Shown: positions 19,132 through 28,858, counted from the stretch's first letter. The stretch: 64,000 nt of DNA from a virus (IMGVR_UViG_3300026189_000003:1-64000); one strand, 5' to 3'. The notes: generated by a model not told the origin, from the letters alone. A program made the numbers and translations.

Positions 19132-19902
19132 TTATATAACTATGTCTTCTGATAGCCATGGCTCGATTACACTTATACAAAACAGATATTGATATTCAGT
19201 TTGTGGATGACCACCCGGCATAACATCATCACCTTTGTCTTCACACCATTCTTTTAGTCCTGCCTTGCGATTATAAAACCACCATGTGTCTAAATCAATA
19301 AGCGGTTGTATATGTTTTGTCATTTTGTATGACGTTCTAAATAAATCATGATCCCATGCTTTAAAGTTAAGCAGTTCTATTCCTAAATTTTTACAATGTT
19401 CTTGAACCATGAAAATACTTTCAAATGTTTTTAGCATCTGATTTTCTCTAGTATGATAATTCATTATATATTCTTTAACTAACTTGTTGACAATTTCGCT
19501 TTTTGTATTCCATGTGTCATAACCGCCGCCTGGTTTTATAAAACTACCATGAGTACTACAATGCCATTTACCCGTTAGTATTTGATTAGTAAATCCAGGA
19601 TGATCTTTCATAACTTCATGTATTTCGTTATACAAAGGATGTTCTTGATTAATATATAAGCTAAACCTATTTGGATCACTCCACCCAACCGCAACGTGAC
19701 TTGGTTCGTTATCTGAAATTCCTTTAATTACATTTCTGGCTATTAGTTCGTTATCACTGGCCATTTCAGCAACACTAGTTGTTTTGGCAAACCAAACTTT
19801 AACATGATTAGGCCATGCGATATTAGGTTCTATCAAATGTGCAGTAAAACTATCACCACCAGCTAATAACTTTGCCGGGGGTCCAAAATCATCGTGGGTC
19901 AT
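19132..19902 (-). CDS. SGNH-like paralog 3
   Basis: GGDSFT, ASDN, GWS..R, C-terminal GHP. Confidence 0.7.
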   Translation of the reverse strand: MTHDDFGPPAKLLAGGDSFTAHLIEPNIAWPNHVKVWFAKTTSVAEMASDNELIARNVIKGISDNEPSHVAVGWSDPNRFSLYINQEHPLYNEIHEVMKDHPGFTNQILTGKWHCSTHGSFIKPGGGYDTWNTKSEIVNKLVKEYIMNYHTRENQMLKTFESIFMVQEHCKNLGIELLNFKAWDHDLFRTSYKMTKHIQPLIDLDTWWFYNRKAGLKEWCEDKGDDVMPGGHPQTEYQYLFCISVIEPWLSEDIVI

Positions 19903-21079
19903 ATTTTTTAGTTCTCATTATTTTTTTTAATTTGCGTATCCAAGTACCATGTTTTTTAAAAAGTTTTTCTTGATTCTTTATGGCTATTTCAAGTGCTTTG
20001 ACAGGAACACCATTTTTGCTTAAATGTGCTATTTGATCAATTGCTTTAACCATTCTTAGTTCTGTATCTGGTTCATTGTCATATTCTTCATTAATGTAAG
20101 GAGCAAAAGTTTTATATCCTCTTGCTTTTAATTCTTCAAGAAATCCTTGTGTGCTTAACACAACAAATGGATGAGCATTTCCAATAGCTTTTACAATTTT
20201 TTCACTAATAAAAAATTGAGGATTACAACTGCTATGTCCACAATGTGTTTCTGCTACTAAACTCATAAATGTATCTTCAAATAGTTTTTTATCATATGGA
20301 TATCCACTATGATGTTTACCGTATAATCCTACAGTATTATCATGTGACTGAGGCCACCAGTCGAATAGTTTATCCCAGTCTTTACCTTGAATTATATCTT
20401 TTACTTTTTGATAATAATCGTATTTTTTATATAAACGTTTGTCTTCGTCGGTTTCAAACAAGTTAATGATACCTTGATCTATAAGACGTCTATTCCATAA
20501 ATGTACAACGTGTCTTAATCTGTTAAACTTGATAGGTTTGCCGTTTAGATCTAGGAATGTTCTGCTAGGATTTTTTCTTCCAGCTTCATATGGTGTAACA
20601 TAATCTATTTCACCTTTATTGACCCTGTGTACAAAATCCATTTCAAAGTATGGTACTTCAATTACATTGACATTTCTTTTTTTGATACTATCTAATTCTT
20701 GTGGAGCATTACCATAAAAGTAATATATTTGATCTGGGTCTACACCAAACTTACTCCATGCATCTAAGCCAATTTTACTTTGCATCTGCACCCAGTCATT
20801 GTGTTCAAAAGGATATTCTCTCATATAACAAACAGCCAACCTAGCTTGTTTTTTTAACAAGTAAGGAAAAATGTCTTTGGTTTTAAAACCTGTTTGTTTG
20901 TTTTGATACGTCCAAAAGTCTTTGATGTTGTTTCCATAGAATGCAACTTCATACCAGAACTCTTCTTTTTCTGGTTCTTCAGTAATATACTCAACATTAT
21001 CTAAAAATCTAGTAACAGATTCCATTTCTAAATACTGCCCGGTATCGACGTATAGTTTTTTTACTTTTATTTTTTTCAT
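19889..21079 (-). CDS. GT-B/GT10-like 'ITEK' protein paralog 5
   Basis: FLDLNGK..R; MSLVAETH..FISEKIVKAI..HPFVV..GYKTF. Confidence 0.6.
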   Translation of the reverse strand: MKKIKVKKLYVDTGQYLEMESVTRFLDNVEYITEEPEKEEFWYEVAFYGNNIKDFWTYQNKQTGFKTKDIFPYLLKKQARLAVCYMREYPFEHNDWVQMQSKIGLDAWSKFGVDPDQIYYFYGNAPQELDSIKKRNVNVIEVPYFEMDFVHRVNKGEIDYVTPYEAGRKNPSRTFLDLNGKPIKFNRLRHVVHLWNRRLIDQGIINLFETDEDKRLYKKYDYYQKVKDIIQGKDWDKLFDWWPQSHDNTVGLYGKHHSGYPYDKKLFEDTFMSLVAETHCGHSSCNPQFFISEKIVKAIGNAHPFVVLSTQGFLEELKARGYKTFAPYINEEYDNEPDTELRMVKAIDQIAHLSKNGVPVKALEIAIKNQEKLFKKHGTWIRKLKKIMRTKKYDPR

Positions 21080-21792
21080 TTTATATGTCTTAAAACTTCT
21101 TCACCGAAAGCGTCATGCTGTGCTTTAGTTGGATGATATCCTTTGTTTAAATCTTCTTGTTTTAAATCTGTATTAAACACACACCAATCACCTAAGTTAG
21201 GTAACCATGTTGTATTCATTTTTTGAATCTGTTCATATAACTTTTTACTGTACTTTGACATTTTGTAATTTACTAGTTCGTCTTTCCACCAAAACATATA
21301 ATTTTCAATATCATTCATTTGACAGTAATATTGTACTCTTAAAATATTTTCAAATGTTTCAACTAATGCTTGTTCGTCATTGTAAAAATGTTTTAAGTAA
21401 GGCTCAACAAAATTTTTGTGTATTATTTCAGAAGATCCTTGATGGTACATATTATTACCACCTGTTTTAATCCAAAACAAATCTTGTGTAACAGCATCAG
21501 TATTAATATTATGATAATCGCCTGCCCAGTCTGGCCATTCATATCTTTTAAAATGATTATAGAATGCACTGTTATCATCGATAACATAACTTTTTCTGTG
21601 TATTCCAGACCATTGACAAATAAGAGTTGGTCTCATATGATTGTCTAATTCATGCAGTACCGAACGTGCAATATAGTCATTGCCCGCGGCACAAGACCCT
21701 ACATTTACTACATTGTATTGTTCTGCTACTTTGCCTACCCAAGTCATTTCCTCGTTGTATGTAAAGCTACAACCACCGATTACAAGCGTCAT
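21076..21792 (-). CDS. SGNH-like paralog 4
   Basis: GGCSFT, AAGN, QWSG..R, WIKTGG, YHPT..H. Confidence 0.7.
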   Translation of the reverse strand: MTLVIGGCSFTYNEEMTWVGKVAEQYNVVNVGSCAAGNDYIARSVLHELDNHMRPTLICQWSGIHRKSYVIDDNSAFYNHFKRYEWPDWAGDYHNINTDAVTQDLFWIKTGGNNMYHQGSSEIIHKNFVEPYLKHFYNDEQALVETFENILRVQYYCQMNDIENYMFWWKDELVNYKMSKYSKKLYEQIQKMNTTWLPNLGDWCVFNTDLKQEDLNKGYHPTKAQHDAFGEEVLRHIK

Positions 21793-22634
21793 AATAATTC
21801 TCTATCTTTCATATTTGGTATCAATATTTCTTTTACCCATTTGTCATATGCTTCTGCACTTGGATGACCATTGTCTGGAGATACAAAATTGTTTAGTACA
21901 TGATACTCTCCCAGACTGTCATATTCGTTGTTAATAAAACACCAGTTATCTTTATCAACATTCCACCAAAGATAATTATGTTCTGGATATATTTCCCATA
22001 ATGGCTTTGTCTTCTTTGGAATAAATCCTAATGCTATAGCATTTTCAAAGTTGCTACTTTCTTTTTCTGTTTCATAAAATATATTTTGAAACGTAGTTAA
22101 CACTAAATTTATGTTTAGTTTTGTTGCTGTTTCTTGCAGTAATAAAATATTTTCAAGTAGTTTAATATATCGTTCTTCTTTTGAATGTATATTTTTATAA
22201 TATATTTCCCATATCTTTTTAGCCATATCTGACTCACACCCTTGCCCGCCATATCCACCGGACTTTAGCCAAACGTTTTTAGGCTTCCAATTAGGGTTTC
22301 CTTTTATATCAGTATGATTATATTCAGCTGGATTCATACCAAGAAAATATTCATGATCTGAATGTTTAACTATGTCATTATAAAAAGGATGATCTTGTTC
22401 TATACGTAGTTCTGCTCTTTGTAAACCAGAAAACATAACAATACAACTTATATTTTTATTTGCATGATGTTTTCTTGTTTGTATCATTTTATAGATTGCA
22501 CTTCTAGTTATAATATCGTTGCCAGATGCAGACTGTCCTGTTGGTACATGAGTGTAACCATCTTGTAATTGTCTTTCGAAATATTGTCTCCAGCCTATTG
22601 TAAAGCTACAGCCTGAAGTTATAATATATTTCAT
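21789..22634 (-). CDS. SGNH-like paralog 5
   Basis: SGCSFT, ASGN, FSG..R, WLKSGG, DNGHPS; start at TAATG overlap. Confidence 0.7.
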   Translation of the reverse strand: MKYIITSGCSFTIGWRQYFERQLQDGYTHVPTGQSASGNDIITRSAIYKMIQTRKHHANKNISCIVMFSGLQRAELRIEQDHPFYNDIVKHSDHEYFLGMNPAEYNHTDIKGNPNWKPKNVWLKSGGYGGQGCESDMAKKIWEIYYKNIHSKEERYIKLLENILLLQETATKLNINLVLTTFQNIFYETEKESSNFENAIALGFIPKKTKPLWEIYPEHNYLWWNVDKDNWCFINNEYDSLGEYHVLNNFVSPDNGHPSAEAYDKWVKEILIPNMKDRELL

Positions 22635-23170
22635 TATTTCATCCAATCGATATATAATAGTTTTCTTGTATCTTTTATTCCTCTACCATCAACTCCGTGC
22701 CACTCTTTACCTGTAAAAGGAAACACACAACACTGATCAAATATATTTGCAACATAGGTTGCATTTTGATAAAAGTCTTTATCTGTATCATGCACGTATA
22801 TTCCTTCATTTGGTTCTTTGTTTAAGAATACTGTCATATGAACTGCTACTTCGTTGTTGTGTGTATGAGCACCCAAGTCCCAACCTTGTGTTTGTTCTGA
22901 ATAAGCAATCTGCGGAGTCATTGAGCCAAATTTTTGTTCAGGGTATATCAGTTGCATACACTCACCAATTGCATTTATATCAATAGCATATTTTTCAAAA
23001 ACATTTCCTTTTAAAAACCATTGAGTACGTTGCTCGTTGGTAATACCTTCCGGCATTTGTTCAGGCAACTTAAAGTCACTATCAAAGAAGAAACCATTCC
23101 ATACTCTCATATTATTATGATCTGGTTTGCTACTTTTTATACTGTCAATGATTTGGTCTGTATTTGTCAT
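22634..23170 (-). CDS. 2OG-Fe(II) oxygenase-like protein
   Basis: LGAHTH (HxD variant), WHGV, distal R; start moved to 23170 (TAATG overlap). Confidence 0.7.
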   Translation of the reverse strand: MTNTDQIIDSIKSSKPDHNNMRVWNGFFFDSDFKLPEQMPEGITNEQRTQWFLKGNVFEKYAIDINAIGECMQLIYPEQKFGSMTPQIAYSEQTQGWDLGAHTHNNEVAVHMTVFLNKEPNEGIYVHDTDKDFYQNATYVANIFDQCCVFPFTGKEWHGVDGRGIKDTRKLLYIDWMK

Positions 23171-23328
23171 TACTTTGCTTTTGGTCTTCCTTGTCTTCTT
23201 ACCCATACGTTTTTTATTTTGTCTGGGTCGCTTTTTTGGCCAGGAGGACAAATTGTAATTTTATTGCCTTTGGCTAGCCATTCTTCAATTAGTCTTTTAT
23301 CTTCAGTTCTGTTATCTTCTTCTGACAT
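23170..23328 (-). CDS. SutA RNAP-binding-domain-like small protein (52 aa)
   Basis: MSEEDNRTEDKRLIEEWLAKGNKITICPPG...; SD AAGGA; not in ORF track. Confidence 0.6.
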   Translation of the reverse strand: MSEEDNRTEDKRLIEEWLAKGNKITICPPGQKSDPDKIKNVWVRRQGRPKAK

Positions 23329-23357
23329 TTAAGTTCCTTTTTTATTGATATTATATA

Positions 23358-23696
23358 CTATATTAGGCCTTCAGACCAACCTCTATTTGGCATAGCATCA
23401 AAATCCGAACTACCATATTTTTCATGATCATGCATTCTTTGTTGATGTATACACATTCGTTTAAAGTTGGCTAAATCTTCAATTTCACTAATGAGTCTCA
23501 TTGGACATGGATTAGTTAATAGGTCTTGTAAATGCTTTCTAGCACATAGTCTTGTAGAGTACGATATTAACTCTTTTTTAGTAATACCTTCACGTAGCAT
23601 AGAAAAAAGTATCTTGTCTGCATACTTGTTAATTAATTGATTTATTTGTTCCAGTTGTTTAGGGTCCGGATAAGGTCTGCTTTCTCTTTTTTTCAT
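23358..23696 (-). CDS. Hypothetical protein
   Basis: ORF with SD GGAGG. Confidence 0.7.
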   Translation of the reverse strand: MKKRESRPYPDPKQLEQINQLINKYADKILFSMLREGITKKELISYSTRLCARKHLQDLLTNPCPMRLISEIEDLANFKRMCIHQQRMHDHEKYGSSDFDAMPNRGWSEGLI

Positions 23697-23697
23697 T

Positions 23698-25221
23698 TTA
23701 TTCCTCCTTATATTCTTGTGATCCTGGATTTGCTCCTTGTGGTTTTAATACCCATCCTTCTTTTTTTGCTCTCTGTTCTAGCTCGTCTTTATGTATTGCT
23801 CCTTTGGTTGCGTCTCCGTCAAACAGTCCTACCTGTTTGGTTTCTGTTTCTGGAATACTAACAAACCATTTTTGTAATTCTTTATGTTTGAATGTTTCTA
23901 AAAAATTCTTATTTCTTCTTGTATCGTACTGTAAGTAAAACGTTTTAAAATCTCTCCATCTAGATATTTCACTTGATGTATTTGCATGACCACTTTCCAT
24001 TACTCTTGTATACTCTATCAATCTTCTTATGCCGTCAATTTCCATGTCATGCACTAATGCATTATCTTTGTTGTCAGCAATCCATTTTTCTAAAGCATCT
24101 GCTCTCTCATTTCTAATATGATTTGGTAATGTAACTATACTTTGAAAACTTGGAAATCTTAATATATTAAAGCTCATAGTTGGAAAATGTTTTCCATACG
24201 TTTCTTTCAAAGTAACCATTTCGTCCATAAACTCCGGCATACTAAACAATGACAATGCATTAATGGTCATCATCATATGAAACTCACGTACATTTCCTTC
24301 TTGTAAAAACATATGAATATTTTTTAACCATGTATCCCATACCATACCATCTCTTACGTATTCTGCTTGTACTCCGTATGCTTCGTTACTAGTATACAAA
24401 TCAAATTGTTTAAAACTGTGCGTAGCATCAACCAGTCTTTTCATTAGTTCTGGCTTGGCACCTAGATTAGAGTTAACACTAAACCTTACATTACAATCTG
24501 GATTTTTATTCCACCAATCAATTAATCTCCAAAAGTCTTGTGACATAGTTGCTTCACCACCGGTTACTCTTAGTTCTTCTAATGTATCTTTTAGTTCCAT
24601 ATCCCACCATTTAAAGAAAGCTTCAATATATGGATTACCTTCATTCTTTTTACCGTACTTCATTGCCCACGAACCATCTTGCTGAAATGCTCTTGCACCG
24701 TCACTAACTAAATTTTGATATGCACCGTTTTTCTTAATATCGTTTTGCCATTGTGTAGAAAAACTTGCATTGCAATAACTACAAGCGAAATTACAATTGG
24801 CATCAAAGGCAATTTCTAATGTTTTTAAAGGCACGTCATCTGTATAACCAAATGTATTTTTGGCTTCGTTTAATTCATCTTCTGTGTATATTACACTTTT
24901 ATAAGTTCTATCTGAAACATAATCTTGACCTAAGTCTTCTACTTTCCAGCAATAATCACATTCTTTAGGACGCTCTCCATCGAGCATTTGCTTACGTACC
25001 ATTTTTTTATAGCTAGTATTGTGTATGGCTTTTGGATTGGCTAACACTTCTTCTACAGGTATTTTGTGTGCAGGCGGATGATGACAACTAGCAGTCGATC
25101 CTGAGTTCAACCATACAGTAGCATTGTACCACTTGGCACCACAGAAACTTGGAGATATTTTATTGATAGTTCTATCTCTCCACTGTTGATATGACTCGTC
25201 TTTTTTCTTACTAATTCCCAT
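23698..25221 (-). CDS. Radical SAM protein with N-terminal twitch domain
   Basis: CNFACSYC, TGGE; FCGAKW..SCHHP..ECDYCW; start moved to MGISK. Confidence 0.92.
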   Translation of the reverse strand: MGISKKKDESYQQWRDRTINKISPSFCGAKWYNATVWLNSGSTASCHHPPAHKIPVEEVLANPKAIHNTSYKKMVRKQMLDGERPKECDYCWKVEDLGQDYVSDRTYKSVIYTEDELNEAKNTFGYTDDVPLKTLEIAFDANCNFACSYCNASFSTQWQNDIKKNGAYQNLVSDGARAFQQDGSWAMKYGKKNEGNPYIEAFFKWWDMELKDTLEELRVTGGEATMSQDFWRLIDWWNKNPDCNVRFSVNSNLGAKPELMKRLVDATHSFKQFDLYTSNEAYGVQAEYVRDGMVWDTWLKNIHMFLQEGNVREFHMMMTINALSLFSMPEFMDEMVTLKETYGKHFPTMSFNILRFPSFQSIVTLPNHIRNERADALEKWIADNKDNALVHDMEIDGIRRLIEYTRVMESGHANTSSEISRWRDFKTFYLQYDTRRNKNFLETFKHKELQKWFVSIPETETKQVGLFDGDATKGAIHKDELEQRAKKEGWVLKPQGANPGSQEYKEE

Positions 25222-25222
25222 A

Positions 25223-25420
25223 TTAAAAACTCCAATAAAATTGTACTTGAGGATTCTCAACACAATCTTCTTTAAAACCATCTAATGTTTCTAACATATT
25301 TTCTGTTTTTATTTCTGTATCTTTGTTGTAGAATTCACAAGAAAATTTTTGTTTCACGCCACAACCATTAATTAAAAAACTAAAAGCTAACAAAACTATT
25401 ATACTACTTTGCTTTGCCAA
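25223..25420 (-). CDS. Small lipoprotein
   Basis: Lipobox LINGC; probable TTG start. Confidence 0.6.
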   Translation of the reverse strand: MAKQSSIIVLLAFSFLINGCGVKQKFSCEFYNKDTEIKTENMLETLDGFKEDCVENPQVQFYWSF

Positions 25421-25559
25421 CTTTGCCAGTCCGCGAATCAAATTTTCTCTTACGTTTCTTCTGGTGTTTCTGTTTTTTATTTTCTCTTCGACCATCAGTT
25501 AATATTTTCTTTATTTTAGCAAATGATTCTTCATCCATGCCATCAAATAATTTAGCCAT
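25404..25559 (-). CDS. Small basic protein (51 aa)
   Basis: MAKLFDGMDEESFAKIKKIL...KKRKRKFDSRTGKVGKAK; TAATG coupling; not in ORF track. Confidence 0.65.
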   Translation of the reverse strand: MAKLFDGMDEESFAKIKKILTDGRRENKKQKHQKKRKRKFDSRTGKVGKAK

Positions 25560-25783
25560 TAAACAATACCGTTCCAAGGACCAAGTTCTTTTTCTTTTTT
25601 AACTTTTGGCTTTGCTTTAGAAACTACTTTAAAATTTAAAAGTTTTCTTTTGCCAGCACTAGTTACTATTACTGGTTGTTTATTTTCGTCTAACTCTATG
25701 CTTTTAATTGTTTTAACACTATTACGAAATTTACCAACAGCAATCTTATCGCCGACACTGATTTTTACGTTATAAGTTTTCAT
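25559..25783 (-). CDS. Hypothetical basic protein
   Basis: Coupled ORF. Confidence 0.7.
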   Translation of the reverse strand: MKTYNVKISVGDKIAVGKFRNSVKTIKSIELDENKQPVIVTSAGKRKLLNFKVVSKAKPKVKKEKELGPWNGIV

Positions 25784-27174
25784 ATACTACCTTTACATTC
25801 ATTGTAAAATTCTTCCAATTCTGGAAAAGTTTTACTGAAACTTTTGTTTCTTCTTTTGTCATACTCATCAACATATGATACAAAATCTTTTCTTACTTGT
25901 TTTATATTTAACTGCTCTTGTGGGTTAGGCCCAGCGGCAATATACTCTTGAAATCGTTTTAATTTAGCTATTTCAAAGTCAAAAAAGCCCTTATATGCGT
26001 TAGTATGTGTTTCTGCATTATCTAACATAATTTGCACAGAAGGATCAAGCATTTTAGAATAACTAGGATCAGCAACAACACCACTTAGATAACTAGGATG
26101 TCTTAGTATTGCTGTGTCTAATGTTATTGGTACTCTACGTTCATCGCTGTAAAATTCTCTTTTTAATGGATGTATTATATCCACAAGTTTATGAAAGTTA
26201 GGTAAACTTAATAATCCAGTCGTACACATTATTGTTACTTTTGTTCTTGGTAGTTCTGTTAATATACGACATATATTATCATACCACTGTTTAAAGTTCA
26301 ACCCATCTCTTATATATTCTGCTTGTTCTCCAAAAGTATCAACTGAAGTATACAGTCTTGTAACTCCAATTTTATTATCTAATGTAATACGTTTCATTTT
26401 TTCAATGTATTGATCAAAAAGTTTATCTGGTACACAACCATTTGAGTTTATGCTTAATTCTAGTTCTGGTCTTGGATTGTTGTTGACATAATCTAAAACT
26501 TTAAATGTATCTTTTGATAGTAAAGGTTCCCCGCCTGTAATTCTTAAAACTTGGAGGGTTTTGTACAGGTCGGGAAACCACTTCCACCATGCCTCAACAT
26601 AAGGATTATGTTCACGGTGTGGAATCGGTAACTTGCCTTCTTTTCGAAGCCAATGTAAATTATTAAAATTATCGCTAGTTGGATATGCTCCTTCTGATTG
26701 TATTTCTTCCATCCATGAGCTACTAAAAGCAGGACTACAATAAGCACATTTTAAATTACAAACATTTGAAAAACTAACTTCGACATAAGTTGGATTCACA
26801 TTTTCTACGCCAACCATTTCAGAAGTTTCTTTTAGAAAAGGTTCGGCCCAAGATTCATGTGACTTAGAACTTCTATCGCTGTAGTGTTCTGGACCTAAGT
26901 CTTCTACGTTCCAGCAGTATTGACATTCAGGTGGACGTACACCTTTCAACATTAATTCTCTTTGTGATTTTTTATATTCTGTGTTGTGTAGGGCCGAAGG
27001 ATTGTTTTTTAATTCTTCAAGTGGTACTTGATGTGTTCTTGGATGATGACAACTATGAGTGTGTCCGTATTGCAGATGAATTGTAGATTGATACCATTTA
27101 GCTAAACAAAAACTAGGTGAAACTTTGTTTAACCTATCCCTGGTTTGTTTAATTTTAATAACTTCATCTGTCAT
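25780..27174 (-). CDS. Radical SAM protein with N-terminal twitch domain
   Basis: CNLKCAYC, TGGEP; FCLAKW..SCHHP..ECQYCW. Confidence 0.92.
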   Translation of the reverse strand: MTDEVIKIKQTRDRLNKVSPSFCLAKWYQSTIHLQYGHTHSCHHPRTHQVPLEELKNNPSALHNTEYKKSQRELMLKGVRPPECQYCWNVEDLGPEHYSDRSSKSHESWAEPFLKETSEMVGVENVNPTYVEVSFSNVCNLKCAYCSPAFSSSWMEEIQSEGAYPTSDNFNNLHWLRKEGKLPIPHREHNPYVEAWWKWFPDLYKTLQVLRITGGEPLLSKDTFKVLDYVNNNPRPELELSINSNGCVPDKLFDQYIEKMKRITLDNKIGVTRLYTSVDTFGEQAEYIRDGLNFKQWYDNICRILTELPRTKVTIMCTTGLLSLPNFHKLVDIIHPLKREFYSDERRVPITLDTAILRHPSYLSGVVADPSYSKMLDPSVQIMLDNAETHTNAYKGFFDFEIAKLKRFQEYIAAGPNPQEQLNIKQVRKDFVSYVDEYDKRRNKSFSKTFPELEEFYNECKGSI

Positions 27175-27181
27175 TACAAAT

Positions 27182-27694
27182 TTAGATTAGTTTTAGAGCT
27201 GACTGCGTAGTCTCATTAACTCTTCTAGTCCATCCCCTTCCGAATGTTTTAAAAGTGGATAGTGATTCGTAATATTCTTGTCGTCTTTTTTGATATTCTT
27301 TTATAACTTCTGCGACTCCACCTACTTCTTCTTCATATAAGCCTAGTGCTTTCAATGTTTGCGGACCAATACCACCATCAGCTGTAACACCAATCATTTC
27401 TTGTATAAACTTGGCCGCTCTGCCTGTTCCAGCATTTACACCAAAGTCAAATATACATAAGTCTAGCCCACTTGCTAAATCATCGCCTTTGACACGATCC
27501 CAATAATTCTTTTTGTAAATGGGAGCAACATCTTCAAACGTTAAGTCTTTCATATCTTTAGTTCCGCCCCATTCTTCATAAACTCTTTTTGTAACACCCA
27601 TGTTAGTTTCTCCACCTGGATCTTTTGGGTGATTTACATAACCACCTTCGTGGTGTAAAATAATTTCTAAACATTTTTCATAATTGTTAATCAT
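27182..27694 (-). CDS. GH108 lysozyme (endolysin) with PG-binding domain
   Basis: HEGGYVNHPKDPGGETNMGVT; DGGIGPQT; FGRGWTRR. Confidence 0.93.
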   Translation of the reverse strand: MINNYEKCLEIILHHEGGYVNHPKDPGGETNMGVTKRVYEEWGGTKDMKDLTFEDVAPIYKKNYWDRVKGDDLASGLDLCIFDFGVNAGTGRAAKFIQEMIGVTADGGIGPQTLKALGLYEEEVGGVAEVIKEYQKRRQEYYESLSTFKTFGRGWTRRVNETTQSALKLI

Positions 27695-27705
27695 TAATTT
27701 GTCCT

Positions 27706-28701
27706 CTATATAGATCTGTATTTGATTCTGCCTTGCGAATCTTTTTCAGTTATTAGTGTACTTCTAGGTGGATTGTAATAAACTTTTTTAAAAAATTTAC
27801 TTCCACTTTCGTCAATTTCAGCTACAGGAATATTAAGTTTTTTTCTTAAACTGTCTCCTAAATCTATACTTGCATTTAACAGTTTATCTTTGTCCCAGCT
27901 GTATTTTGATTTAATACAATGTTCATTGCCACCAGCAAACTTTGGCATAATTTCATTTGTCCAATATTCAGTATGCCATTTAAAATCAGCAACGTTCACA
28001 AAATCAAAATTTGGATCTAAATTTGTTAAGTAACATCCTAATCTTGTTCCATACATTGCCCACAGACCATTTTCAACGTCTCTACCAATATTGCTCCAAA
28101 CTAATAATCTTTGAAAGTTTTTATTATGCAAACTCTTTTCAAAATTATCTGCTTCTACTTTGTGTCCTCTGTCTAATGACATTTTAACACCTTCTCTAAA
28201 TCCTGCTCTGTAAGCCTGATAAGGTGTTGAATTGTTTATTACATAACTAAATGCTTCGTTAAACTGTATATAATTTAAATCCCAACAGAAGTCAACTTTC
28301 GAACCTTCATCTTCTGCAATCTCGTGTGTCTTCATATCAAGTACGTACTGTACTGGCCAATTTTTAATTCCACCATTACCATACACTAGTCCATTAATGC
28401 TGTTAACACCACACCAGCTAATAACAGAATTATCTAAGTCAACATCACTTTCAGAAAAGTCTATTACTGTATCAAAAAATTCTGGTTTAACAATGTTATC
28501 TCCATCGATACTAATAAATCTATCGGTATCACTTTGTCTAGCACATTCTTTATGGGCCGCATCAGAACCTAAAACTCCATGCACACGTTTTGCCCATGGA
28601 CATACTTGTTTTAAATTAGCCCAGTTTTCTTCCATATTAGGTTCATCAAAACTAATATAAAAAGTATCTATTTCCGTAACATCAATAATATTTTTACTCA
28701 T
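27706..28701 (-). CDS. GT-A (GT2-like) glycosyltransferase-like protein
   Basis: FYISFDEPN, RVHGVLG..AHK, FISIDGDN (DxD), AYRAGFREGVK. Confidence 0.6.
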   Translation of the reverse strand: MSKNIIDVTEIDTFYISFDEPNMEENWANLKQVCPWAKRVHGVLGSDAAHKECARQSDTDRFISIDGDNIVKPEFFDTVIDFSESDVDLDNSVISWCGVNSINGLVYGNGGIKNWPVQYVLDMKTHEIAEDEGSKVDFCWDLNYIQFNEAFSYVINNSTPYQAYRAGFREGVKMSLDRGHKVEADNFEKSLHNKNFQRLLVWSNIGRDVENGLWAMYGTRLGCYLTNLDPNFDFVNVADFKWHTEYWTNEIMPKFAGGNEHCIKSKYSWDKDKLLNASIDLGDSLRKKLNIPVAEIDESGSKFFKKVYYNPPRSTLITEKDSQGRIKYRSI

Positions 28702-28858
28702 GATCTGCCTCTTGCTTCTTTTGTAAAAGTTTTCTTTCTAAAAGTTTTTCTTCCCATTTCATAATCATTTCATTAATCTTACCCATAGGATAATTTTTGT
28801 GTACAAGCTCGGCCCTATACTCTTTTAATTCTTCTAATAATTCTTCTATATCATTCAT
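28694..28858 (-). CDS. Small helical protein (54 aa)
   Basis: MNDIEELLEELKEYR...; overlaps both neighbours; not in ORF track. Confidence 0.6.
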   Translation of the reverse strand: MNDIEELLEELKEYRAELVHKNYPMGKINEMIMKWEEKLLERKLLQKKQEADHE

